A stretch of DNA of 64,000 bases, from assembly GCA_964005815.1 (NCBI GenBank), contig CAXFSR010000043.1, positions 96,001 through 160,000 of the forward strand, read 5' to 3'. Of this stretch, positions 49,315 through 57,875 are shown piece by piece. Within the stretch, counting starts at the first letter, position 1; the number at the start of each line of letters is the position of its first letter. The notes beneath the pieces were generated by a model, which had not been told where the DNA came from, searched no databases, and worked only from the letters and a program-made list of their open reading frames with translations. Both the position numbers and the translations under genes were made by a program. Source of the DNA: an uncultured Nitrospinaceae bacterium. Its GTDB lineage: Bacteria > UBA8248.

Positions 49315-49364
49315 TTTCAATCCAAAGATTCTTAACTTTCGGTCCGACATGGAAGAAAACGTAA

Positions 49365-49988
49365 ATGGGTAATTTTAAAGAATTTGACCCAAGTCAAATA
49401 GAGCGACGAGAGATATACAGAATTTTAACTGGGTCAATAGTTCCTAGACCTATTGGATGGGCTTCAACGATAAGCAAAGATGGAATTTCGAACATAGCTC
49501 CTTTTAGTTTTTTCACATGCGTTTGTGTTGCTCCCCCAATGATTTCTCTTACAATCGCAAGAAATCCTGACGGTTCTAAAAAACATACTCTAATTAATGC
49601 TGAGGAAACAGGAGATTTCTGTTTTAATCTTGTTTCTGAAAACCTCTGGGAAAAAATGGTAGATACAGCAAATGGTTATGAAGAGGGAATTTCTGAATTC
49701 TCCGAAGTAGGAATTGAATCAATTCCCTCCATCAAAGTAGATTCCCCTAGAGTCAAACAATCTCCAATCCACTTTGAATGTAAAACACATAAGGTAATAG
49801 AACTCGGACCAAACAAACATCCCCTTTTAATTGGTGAAGTTGTTTATTTTCATGTTTCCGAAGAAGTCCTTAAAGGAAAATATATAGATATGGAAAAACT
49901 GAAACCAGTGGGCAGACTAAATGGGTTTTTGCAGTGCAGTTTAGGAGAGTTTCTAGAACGAAGTTTCCAAGATGGGCAAAAAAGATAA
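49365..49988 (+). CDS. Flavin reductase-like FMN-binding protein
   Basis: VPRPIGWASTIS, NIAPFSFF, ECK, PVGRLNG. Confidence 0.92.
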   Translation: MGNFKEFDPSQIERREIYRILTGSIVPRPIGWASTISKDGISNIAPFSFFTCVCVAPPMISLTIARNPDGSKKHTLINAEETGDFCFNLVSENLWEKMVDTANGYEEGISEFSEVGIESIPSIKVDSPRVKQSPIHFECKTHKVIELGPNKHPLLIGEVVYFHVSEEVLKGKYIDMEKLKPVGRLNGFLQCSLGEFLERSFQDGQKR

Positions 49989-50025
49989 TTCACAACCACA
50001 TCTAAATACCTATGAAAGGAATTCT

Positions 50026-51054
50026 ATGAAAGCTATGGTTCTCCATGAACCGGGGAAGCCTTTTGAACTTGAAGATAGAGCTATTCCTCGTGCAGAAAAT
50101 AATGAAGCGGTTGCAAAAGTTTTGGCATGCGGTTCTGGTCTAACGATACAACACACCGTTGCAGGAAGAATCCAATCAAATTTTCCAATTGTCATTGGAC
50201 ACGAAATAACTGCGGAAATTACAGAAATTGGACTCGGAGTTGACAATTTAAAAGTTGGTGACCCGGTAACTGCTTTTTATTATTTAACTTGCGGAGACTG
50301 CAAATGGTGCAGAATAAATAGAGAGACTCTTTGCGATTCTCAAGGTCAGGTTGGACGACATATAGATGGTGGTTACGCAGAATACATAAAACTTCCTGCA
50401 AGAAATTTTATCAAATTACCTAAAAATCTCGATTACATAAAAAATCCAGCTGAAATAGGTGTAATTACAGATGCTATAGCTACGCCATATAAAGTTATTC
50501 GACATGCACAAATATTACCGATGGAAAATGTTGCCATTATTGGCGCAGGCGGAGGCCTTGGAGTACATATGGTAATGGTTACTTTATGGGCAGGCGCAAT
50601 TGTAACTGCAGTAGATATTTCTTCAGATAAATTAAAAAAATGTGACGAACTTGGTGCGCATTTCTTAATCAACCCAAATGAAGTGAATCTTTATGAATCA
50701 CTTATGGATTCCTCAAATGGGAAAGGAATGGATGTGATCGTTGATTATGCATGTACAAGTTCTACTATCGAATCCGGAATACAATCTCTCGGCAAAGGAG
50801 GAAGATTTCTTCCTATGGCAGGAACATCCTCCGCAACCTTTGAATTTAATCCAAAAGAGATGTTAAAAGACGAAAGAAAAATAATGGGAAGTCGATACTG
50901 TACCAAACAAGATGTCATTGACTCTCTTGAATTAGTTGCAAGAGGAGAAGTGTGGCCTATAGTCACAGAAAAGTATTCTTTAGAAGATGCAGACAAGGTT
51001 CATGATAGACTTGAGAAAGGATTAGTCACAGGAAGAGCAGCAATAGTTATTTAA
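50026..51054 (+). CDS. Zn-binding MDR alcohol dehydrogenase family
   Basis: GHE, CGDCKWC...C, GAGGGLG. Confidence 0.9.
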   Translation: MKAMVLHEPGKPFELEDRAIPRAENNEAVAKVLACGSGLTIQHTVAGRIQSNFPIVIGHEITAEITEIGLGVDNLKVGDPVTAFYYLTCGDCKWCRINRETLCDSQGQVGRHIDGGYAEYIKLPARNFIKLPKNLDYIKNPAEIGVITDAIATPYKVIRHAQILPMENVAIIGAGGGLGVHMVMVTLWAGAIVTAVDISSDKLKKCDELGAHFLINPNEVNLYESLMDSSNGKGMDVIVDYACTSSTIESGIQSLGKGGRFLPMAGTSSATFEFNPKEMLKDERKIMGSRYCTKQDVIDSLELVARGEVWPIVTEKYSLEDADKVHDRLEKGLVTGRAAIVI

Positions 51055-51080
51055 TAATCGTTTTAACTACTTATTTTCAC

Positions 51081-51109
51081 TTGACGCAATTTTATTCGAA
51101 TCCTATACT
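51081..51109 (+). promoter_or_regulatory. Sigma70-type promoter of the Rieske/cytochrome b operon
   Basis: TTGACG-N17-TATACT. Confidence 0.7.
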
Positions 51110-51201
51110 TTCAACGTTTTAAGTATATATACCGCTCTAATTTAAGTAATCCGGAAACAATAGATTTTGATGCCAGCAAATCCGGAATTTTAAAAGATGG
51201 A

Positions 51202-54069
51202 ATGCCAGCAATAGATATGAACTCTAGAGAATTTAAGCCACCCGAAGAAAAAACAAGTCCTATTCCCTTCTTTATATTGGGCATAATTTTTGTATTAATT
51301 ACTGCCTGGACAGTCTGGGATGAAGCATTTACTCGAAGACCTTGGAAAAACTATCAAACTTCTTTCAACCAATACGAGAAAAATAAAGTTCAAAAGAAAT
51401 TATCTGAAAAAGAATCTAAATTAAAAGATCCTCTTGCTAAAATAAACTCAAAAATCACTTCGCTTGAAAACAAAATACAAATTAATGAAACATTAAAGAA
51501 GCTAAAAGAGACACTAAAGGAGAAAGAGTTAGTAGCTTTCGAAAAAGTGCAAGATTATGGTTTCGCAAAAGCCGTTTATGACGAAACCTATTTTACATAC
51601 GAAGATGCTCTTCGAAAAGGAAAAGATATATCAGACTTGAAATTAAAGTTGGCTAATGAAGCAAAAAAAATGGGTAGACTTAAACCCATTGCAGAAAAAG
51701 CCGAAAAAGAAAGAGATGATATAAAATCCAAAATAGATTCAATTCTAAATCCACTTAAAAATTTAAAAAAGAAAAAAAGAGAGATAGCCAAAGAGATTTC
51801 TGTACTTCAGCGAAGAATAAGTTCCATAAATTCCAGAAAATATGAAATCAAACAATTAGTTTTAAGGGGTTTTGATAAAAATAATTTTAATGAACCTACT
51901 ATGAGAGTAGACAGGTGTCAAAGTTGTCATTTGGCAATAGACCGTAAAGGTTTCGAAAATGCCAAGCAACCTTTCAAAACTCACCCAAACCGTAAATTCT
52001 ATCTAAAATCAACACATAACATGAATGAAATTGGCTGCACCTCTTGTCACGGAGGTCAAGGGGCTGCAGTAACTTCGGTAGACAAGGCTCACGGTTTTGT
52101 ACAGTTCTGGGAAGACCCTTTACTAAAAGGGAAAGAAACAGAAACTAAATGCAGAAATTGTCATACAGAAGTTTTCAATATTCCTAAGGCACCACACATC
52201 TCTCAAGGAATTTCATTAATTAGAGAATTGGGATGTCATGGATGTCATCTAATACCAGGAACAAAAGATATCAGAATGGTAGGCCCTAACTTATCGAGAA
52301 TACAAGAAAAAGTTCAACCTGAATGGTTAGTATCATGGATCAAACGTCCAAAAGATTACAATCCTAGAACCAAGATGCCATTTTATGGTCTCTCTCAAAA
52401 AGAATCTGAAGATATTGCAAGTTACATATGGCATAGTGGCAAAAGAAAAATCAAGAAAGAAGAAGTTGCAGACCTAGGATCTTCCGTTCAAATTGAACAA
52501 GGGAAAAAGCTTTTTGAGTCAGTTGGCTGCTTAAGCTGCCATGTCAGAAGCGAAAATGATGTTTTGTCAAAGAAACCAATAAAAGGTGTTGACGGCAGAC
52601 CTTTAGTTCTTACAAATAGAGATTATGCTCCTGCACTTCAAAAAGTATCACAAAAAGTTCAAACTGACTGGTTATATAGATGGTTGAAAAATCCGAAATC
52701 CTATTGGCATGAAACAAAGATGCCTAGTCTAAGACTAACAAAATCTGAATCTAAATCCATAACTTCATACCTACTTAGCCTGACTCCAAAGAAAAGCAAA
52801 AGAAACTATACCCTTCGAAACGATCCAGCGACCTTAAAACGAGGTAAAGATTTAGTTGCCAAAAATGGATGTTATGGTTGTCATGTAATTCCAGGAACTG
52901 AAAAATTATCAAAAATTGGTCCTAACCTTTCAAGGTTTGCAGTGAAGAAACCAGTTGAGCTTTCTTATGGAAACGTTCTTGATATACCGCACACTTGGGA
53001 AGCATGGACTTTTTCTAAACTTAAAAATCCAAAGATTTTCCAAACTGAACGTGAACAACTTTTGATGCCTAATTTTGGACTTTCAGATAAAGAAGTAACC
53101 CAAATCAGAACTTATTTACGATCGATGACACCTCACGCGGCTCCACATAATGTTCATCATCATTTAAATAAGAGACAGAAAAAAATAGAATCAGGAAGAA
53201 GGATGTTAGAAAAATATAATTGCCAAGGTTGCCACGTTATCGAAAATTGGGGAGGCAGTATAGTCAAAAGATACAATGACAAGAATAATGCTCCCCCTTA
53301 CTTAAATGGGGAAGGCAATAAAGTCCAACCTGATTGGTTATACGGTTTCTTGAATAATGTTGTCACGCTTCGTCCTTGGCTAAAAATAAGAATGCCAAGT
53401 TTTAAAATGCCAAAAGAAGACTCTACTAAACTTGTTGAGTATTTTGCTGCAGTTGACAACAAAATGAGACCTTATATCCACTTCGAGTCTAAGTCTACCA
53501 AGGAACAGTTAAACGAAGGCAAGAACTTATTTAATAAAGCTGAATGTGTTTCATGTCATGGGGAATGGCCACCTCCATCAGGCAAAGAACCACCATCAGC
53601 ACCGAATCTAAACTTAGCCAAGAAAAGACTCCGTCCTGAATGGATAGTATCTTGGTTAAAAGATCCACAAGCAATTATGCCTGGCACAAAAATGCCTACT
53701 TTCTGGCCCGGCGCTGGTATAAGTTCAAATATTATTAAAGGAAAATTTGAAGAAAAAGAAGACGGAAATTGGATTTACATTTTGGAATCAGATAAAGAAT
53801 CCGACGTTCCTGAGGAGTTTGCCACTCTCTATATAAAAAATAAAACTATTAAAGTTAAAGTGCTGGAAGTAGATGAGAAAACATTGCGTATTTCTAGCCC
53901 CATCAAAATAGATAGCAAGTTCACAAATATTAAAATAACAAGTCATGGAGAACCTATAGATCCTGAAATATTAGGTGGTGATGCTCTTGAACAGATGAGA
54001 GTATTAAGAGATTATCTAATGATAGAAACTAACCTCACTAAAAGCACAAATGATATGAGGAAAGGATGA
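51202..54069 (+). CDS. Membrane-anchored octaheme cytochrome c
   Basis: N-terminal TM, coiled coil, eight CxxCH motifs (CQSCH, CTSCH, CRNCH, CHGCH, CLSCH, CYGCH, CQGCH, CVSCH). Confidence 0.93.
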   Translation: MPAIDMNSREFKPPEEKTSPIPFFILGIIFVLITAWTVWDEAFTRRPWKNYQTSFNQYEKNKVQKKLSEKESKLKDPLAKINSKITSLENKIQINETLKKLKETLKEKELVAFEKVQDYGFAKAVYDETYFTYEDALRKGKDISDLKLKLANEAKKMGRLKPIAEKAEKERDDIKSKIDSILNPLKNLKKKKREIAKEISVLQRRISSINSRKYEIKQLVLRGFDKNNFNEPTMRVDRCQSCHLAIDRKGFENAKQPFKTHPNRKFYLKSTHNMNEIGCTSCHGGQGAAVTSVDKAHGFVQFWEDPLLKGKETETKCRNCHTEVFNIPKAPHISQGISLIRELGCHGCHLIPGTKDIRMVGPNLSRIQEKVQPEWLVSWIKRPKDYNPRTKMPFYGLSQKESEDIASYIWHSGKRKIKKEEVADLGSSVQIEQGKKLFESVGCLSCHVRSENDVLSKKPIKGVDGRPLVLTNRDYAPALQKVSQKVQTDWLYRWLKNPKSYWHETKMPSLRLTKSESKSITSYLLSLTPKKSKRNYTLRNDPATLKRGKDLVAKNGCYGCHVIPGTEKLSKIGPNLSRFAVKKPVELSYGNVLDIPHTWEAWTFSKLKNPKIFQTEREQLLMPNFGLSDKEVTQIRTYLRSMTPHAAPHNVHHHLNKRQKKIESGRRMLEKYNCQGCHVIENWGGSIVKRYNDKNNAPPYLNGEGNKVQPDWLYGFLNNVVTLRPWLKIRMPSFKMPKEDSTKLVEYFAAVDNKMRPYIHFESKSTKEQLNEGKNLFNKAECVSCHGEWPPPSGKEPPSAPNLNLAKKRLRPEWIVSWLKDPQAIMPGTKMPTFWPGAGISSNIIKGKFEEKEDGNWIYILESDKESDVPEEFATLYIKNKTIKVKVLEVDEKTLRISSPIKIDSKFTNIKITSHGEPIDPEILGGDALEQMRVLRDYLMIETNLTKSTNDMRKG

Positions 54070-54620
54070 CCGAAGCTAGAGACAGAAAACAAGTCAAACT
54101 GCCAGCTGAATACGAAGCTGAACAACAACATAAATCTTCTAACATAGACAGAAGAAGATTTATGAATTATACGGGTTGGCTTGGCATCCTTGGAAGTTTA
54201 GGAATCGCTTTATTAGGTTTCTTGCGTTTTTTGTTTCCAAGAGTTCTGTTTGAACCAAGAACGGAATTTAAAGCTGGCAATCCAAACGATTATGCAGTTG
54301 GTGCTGTAGACACAAGATATTTGAATAGTGAGCGCGTATATATTATCAGAGAAGAAGATGGATTTTACGCTTTAAGCGGTGTATGTACCCACCTAGGATG
54401 CACCCCTGCATGGTTAGCTTCTGAAAATAAGTTTAAATGCCCTTGCCATGGTAGCGGATTTAAAAGAAGCGGTGTTAATTTTGAAGGTCCTGCACCAAGA
54501 CCTTTAGAAAGACATAAAATAGTCCTTGCGGAAGATGGGCAATTATTAATAGATAAAGGAAAATTATTCAGACAAGAGAAAGATGAATGGAATAAACCTG
54601 AAGCTTTTCTCTATTTATAG
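54066..54620 (+). CDS. Rieske iron-sulfur subunit of Rieske/cytochrome b complex
   Basis: Tat motif DRRRFM, CTHLGC, CPCHGS, GPAPRPL. Confidence 0.95.
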   Translation: MTEARDRKQVKLPAEYEAEQQHKSSNIDRRRFMNYTGWLGILGSLGIALLGFLRFLFPRVLFEPRTEFKAGNPNDYAVGAVDTRYLNSERVYIIREEDGFYALSGVCTHLGCTPAWLASENKFKCPCHGSGFKRSGVNFEGPAPRPLERHKIVLAEDGQLLIDKGKLFRQEKDEWNKPEAFLYL

Positions 54621-54675
54621 AAAACAAAAAGTGTTTTTTGCTGACGAATTAAGTCATGCATGGAGGATGCAATAA

Positions 54676-55464
54676 ATGAGAGGTTTAAAGGAAAGATTTA
54701 ATTTAGACAAACTTAAAAGTAATTTAATAGGTTCTCAGGTTTGGAGATCCATGTTTCGACATGGCTACGAAGATACACCGAGAAACAGAGTATTAATGGT
54801 TGTAGACAATCTCTGGCTCCACCTCCATCCAACAAAAATTCGAAGACACGCAATTAGAATCCGGTTTACATGGTGTATGGGAGGAATTACTTTTCTTCTA
54901 TTTCTTTATCTTGTAGTAACAGGTGTTGTTTTAATGTTTTACTATAGACCAGTGGGCGAATATGCTTATGCGGACATCAAATTCCTTGAGTTTGATGCAC
55001 CTTTTGGAATGTTTATGCGTAATATGCACAGATGGGCTGCCCACGCAATGGTTATTGCTGTTTGGCTCCATATGTTACGTGTTTTTATGACTGGTTCATA
55101 TAAACAACCTAGAGAATTCAACTGGGTTATCGGGGTTTTACTTTTGACAGTTACGTTACTTCTTAGTTTTACTGGATATTTATTACCATGGGATCAATTA
55201 GCTATGTGGGCTGTAACAGTTGGGACCAATATGGCCAGAGCCACTCCACTTCTCGGTAGTGAGGGACCATTTGCAGAGTTCGTTGGTGTTACTCCTAGGC
55301 TTGATGCGCGTTCTGCACTACTTGGGGGGACTATCGTTGGACCACCCACTTTACTCAGATTCTATGTTTTGCATTGTATAGTCATACCGCTTATAGCATC
55401 AATTTTAATGATGGTGCATTTTTGGAGAATCAGAAAAGATGGTGGAATTTCTGGTCCTTTATAA
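54676..55464 (+). CDS. Cytochrome b6-like N-terminal subunit
   Basis: [15 protein letters not shown]...[19 protein letters not shown]. Confidence 0.95.
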   Translation: MRGLKERFNLDKLKSNLIGSQVWRSMFRHGYEDTPRNRVLMVVDNLWLHLHPTKIRRHAIRIRFTWCMGGITFLLFLYLVVTGVVLMFYYRPVGEYAYADIKFLEFDAPFGMFMRNMHRWAAHAMVIAVWLHMLRVFMTGSYKQPREFNWVIGVLLLTVTLLLSFTGYLLPWDQLAMWAVTVGTNMARATPLLGSEGPFAEFVGVTPRLDARSALLGGTIVGPPTLLRFYVLHCIVIPLIASILMMVHFWRIRKDGGISGPL

Positions 55465-55492
55465 TAATTTCTTGATTTGAAAGGCACTGAGA

Positions 55493-56278
55493 TTGGCTAA
55501 AGAAGATAAGGTTATTGGTTCTGCTGAAGACATGCCACAAACTAGCTGGGAAAGGGTTAATGACAAGGTTCATGTTTGGCCCTATTTAACCCGCCTTGAG
55601 TTTATGTGCGCTATTATTATCACCCTAGTTTTGGTCGTCTGGTCAATCTTAATTGATGCACCTTTAGAGGAACCTGCCAACCCATCAGTAACACCTAATC
55701 CCTCAAAAGCTCCTTGGTACTTCCTTGGCCTACAGGAAATGTTAGTTTATTTCGATCCTTGGATGGCAGGTGTTGTGTTACCTACTCTAATTATTATAGG
55801 TCTAATGGCTATCCCCTATATTGATGTAAATCCGAAGGGTAACGGTTATTATTCCTACAAAGAAAGAAGATTTGCCATACTTACCTTCCTTTTTGGTTTT
55901 CTAGTACTTTGGGTTTGGTTAGTCATACAGGGAACTTTTATGAGAGGACCAGGATGGAACTTCTTTATGCCATGGGAATATTGGGATTCACACAAAGTTG
56001 TGGCTTTAACTAATGTAGATTTTCCTTATTGGCTTGGGTTTAGAGACTACTGGGTACAAGCTGCTGTTGGAGGATTATCTATCGTAGCACTTTATGCAAC
56101 AATTCCAATTTGGTACTTTTTTAGAAGAAACACTGAAAAAATGAAAAACAAAGGGTTGGTAAGATATAATATAGAAGCATTCCTGTTTGTTACTATGATG
56201 GGGCTCGTAATTAAAATGTTGCTTAGAATCTTCTTAAATATTAAATACATAATGGTTACACCTTGGATTAACTTTTAA
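55493..56278 (+). CDS. Cytochrome b subunit IV-like (C-terminal) protein
   Basis: VWP, APLEEPANPSVTPNPSKAPWYFLGLQE, PYID. Confidence 0.9.
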   Translation: MAKEDKVIGSAEDMPQTSWERVNDKVHVWPYLTRLEFMCAIIITLVLVVWSILIDAPLEEPANPSVTPNPSKAPWYFLGLQEMLVYFDPWMAGVVLPTLIIIGLMAIPYIDVNPKGNGYYSYKERRFAILTFLFGFLVLWVWLVIQGTFMRGPGWNFFMPWEYWDSHKVVALTNVDFPYWLGFRDYWVQAAVGGLSIVALYATIPIWYFFRRNTEKMKNKGLVRYNIEAFLFVTMMGLVIKMLLRIFLNIKYIMVTPWINF

Positions 56279-56288
56279 GGGATTATAA

Positions 56289-56393
56289 ATGGTTCAAGAA
56301 AGAGATAAAAAACACCTATGGTGGGATGCTTGTGGGTTTAAAGTGATAATCTTCTTAGCGATTGGTATAGGTACATACTTCTTTTTAGCATAA
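56289..56393 (+). CDS. Putative small single-TM protein (34 aa, not in ORF track)
   Basis: MVQERDKKHLWWDACGFKVIIFLAIGIGTYFFLA; AAGGGA RBS; starts 10 nt after subunit IV stop. Confidence 0.6.
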   Translation: MVQERDKKHLWWDACGFKVIIFLAIGIGTYFFLA

Positions 56394-56401
56394 AATTCAA
56401 A

Positions 56402-56914
56402 TTAATTTTCTGGCCAAGTCTGCAACCCTCTTGAAATTAAAATTTCTTTCAACTTATTCACATTGATTAATTCCATAGGCGCACCTTCTGAGTATTTCTG
56501 AACTTCTTCAGAGAAGTATCCAGTAGTTATTAAAATACCTTTTAATGCAGCTTCTGCTCTAACTGTATCAGACAACCCTATTACTCTTATTGAAGAAACA
56601 TATTCTCCTTCTGGAACTAAAATGCCATGTACAATATAGTTCCCACCAACTATTTCCATAGGGTTGTTAGCTAAAATATCAATTTCACGACTATTAACCC
56701 AATTTGTTTCTAAAATTTGCATACCTAGATCATCTAATATTTCTCGGATCATTTTTTCAAAAGACTCTGGTGAAATTGACCTAAGAATTTCTATATCTTT
56801 ATCATCTCTCATTTCATCTGCAGCTTCTTCCATAGCTACATTAGTAGTTGTTTTTTTAACAAAGAAAATTAATACAAATCCTACAAATAAAGCAAAAACA
56901 ACAAGTTCTAGCAT
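56402..56914 (-). CDS. Membrane-anchored Mrr_cat-like protein with degenerate active site
   Basis: SISPESFEKMI, IDILA, KGILITTGYFS, MELIN; QxK replaced by HGI. Confidence 0.8.
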   Translation of the reverse strand: MLELVVFALFVGFVLIFFVKKTTTNVAMEEAADEMRDDKDIEILRSISPESFEKMIREILDDLGMQILETNWVNSREIDILANNPMEIVGGNYIVHGILVPEGEYVSSIRVIGLSDTVRAEAALKGILITTGYFSEEVQKYSEGAPMELINVNKLKEILISRGLQTWPEN

Positions 56915-56983
56915 AAAACGTACCCCTGAATTGCAAAAATTAAAATAAAAAGGGTCAAAGAAAAGTACAGGACAGAAGGGAAA

Positions 56984-57151
56984 CTAACGAATCATACGAT
57001 CATAGACTTCGTTTTTTTTCCCCTGCTCTATTAGTTCATCGTGCTTAAAAGCTTGCGAGAGAGCTAACCAGCAGTAATAGATAACCAAAGGAAGCATAAT
57101 AGCAATTGGGATATTGTCAGGTTTTGTGAGTATAGCAAGAAAGTTTTCCAT
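56984..57151 (-). CDS. Small membrane protein with KPDNIPI motif (55 aa, not in ORF track)
   Basis: MENFLAILTKPDNIPIAIMLPLVIYYCWLALSQAFKHDELIEQGKKNEVYDRMIR; GGTGGA RBS. Confidence 0.75.
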   Translation of the reverse strand: MENFLAILTKPDNIPIAIMLPLVIYYCWLALSQAFKHDELIEQGKKNEVYDRMIR

Positions 57152-57238
57152 TAATAATCCACCCTAAAAATAATATAAAATGCAACTACATTTTGAATGA
57201 TTTTAAACTTTCGATCAACACTGCTAATGAATTGAAAA

Positions 57239-57295
57239 TTTGTTAACAAAAATTCAAAAAATAGTTGATGTATAACACCTGCCTTTGTTAACATA
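57239..57295. promoter_or_regulatory. Paired palindromic operator-like sites
   Basis: TTTGTTAACAAA (57239-57250) and TTTGTTAACATA (57284-57295) in a divergent intergenic region. Confidence 0.4.
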
Positions 57296-57335
57296 ATGAA
57301 AGTAATGCCCGTAAACGTTTCTAGAGGATTTTCTA

Positions 57336-57815
57336 TTGCCACATTTTATTTTTGATTCTTGCATTGGTTGCGACGTTTGTTTGCCTGTTTGCCCTACAAA
57401 AGCAATTACAGGAGAGTCGAGGGAAATATACAAAATAGACCCTACCTTATGTATTGATTGTGGAGTATGTGGAAAATATTGTCCTGCAGCCGCTATACAA
57501 GATGACGCAGGAAATATAATAGAAAATATCAAACATAAAGATATGCCTAAGGCATTTGTCATGGAAGAGAATTGTACCGGTTGTGTATGGTGCGTGGATA
57601 TTTGTCCTTTCGATTGCATTATCATGTCTGATTCATCAGTTGAAAGAGATCATAGTCAGGTTGCCGTAGTCGATGAAAGCAAATGTGTAGGTTGCAGGCT
57701 ATGCGAAGAAATATGCAATAAAGGAGCAATTATAGTTCCGAAACATTCTGATGAAGCTGAATACATGACTCCATTCATGCATGAATTTGTCACTTCACCT
57801 TTAAGAGCTTATTGA
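57336..57815 (+). CDS. Polyferredoxin with four [4Fe-4S] motifs
   Basis: Four CxxCxxCxxxC motifs; TTG start after AGAGGA. Confidence 0.9.
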   Translation: MPHFIFDSCIGCDVCLPVCPTKAITGESREIYKIDPTLCIDCGVCGKYCPAAAIQDDAGNIIENIKHKDMPKAFVMEENCTGCVWCVDICPFDCIIMSDSSVERDHSQVAVVDESKCVGCRLCEEICNKGAIIVPKHSDEAEYMTPFMHEFVTSPLRAY

Positions 57816-57875
57816 TAAGTTCCCTTGATGTTATCCAGTTATTCTTAGCTACAAAATTTTCTTTGAAGGCAAACT

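Noticed and set aside
51202..54069. Octaheme as HAO, octaheme nitrite reductase or tetrathionate reductase
   Set aside because: Heme spacing is repeated monoheme modules, there is no CxxCK, and the gene is coupled to Rieske/cytochrome b
56402..56914. Mrr as an anti-phage restriction system
   Set aside because: Catalytic QxK absent, no methylase or other defence genes nearby
57151..57625. Track ORFs 57151-57342 and 57254-57625 on the minus strand
   Set aside because: Antisense to the ferredoxin or spanning promoter DNA; the credible ORF there is 56984-57151
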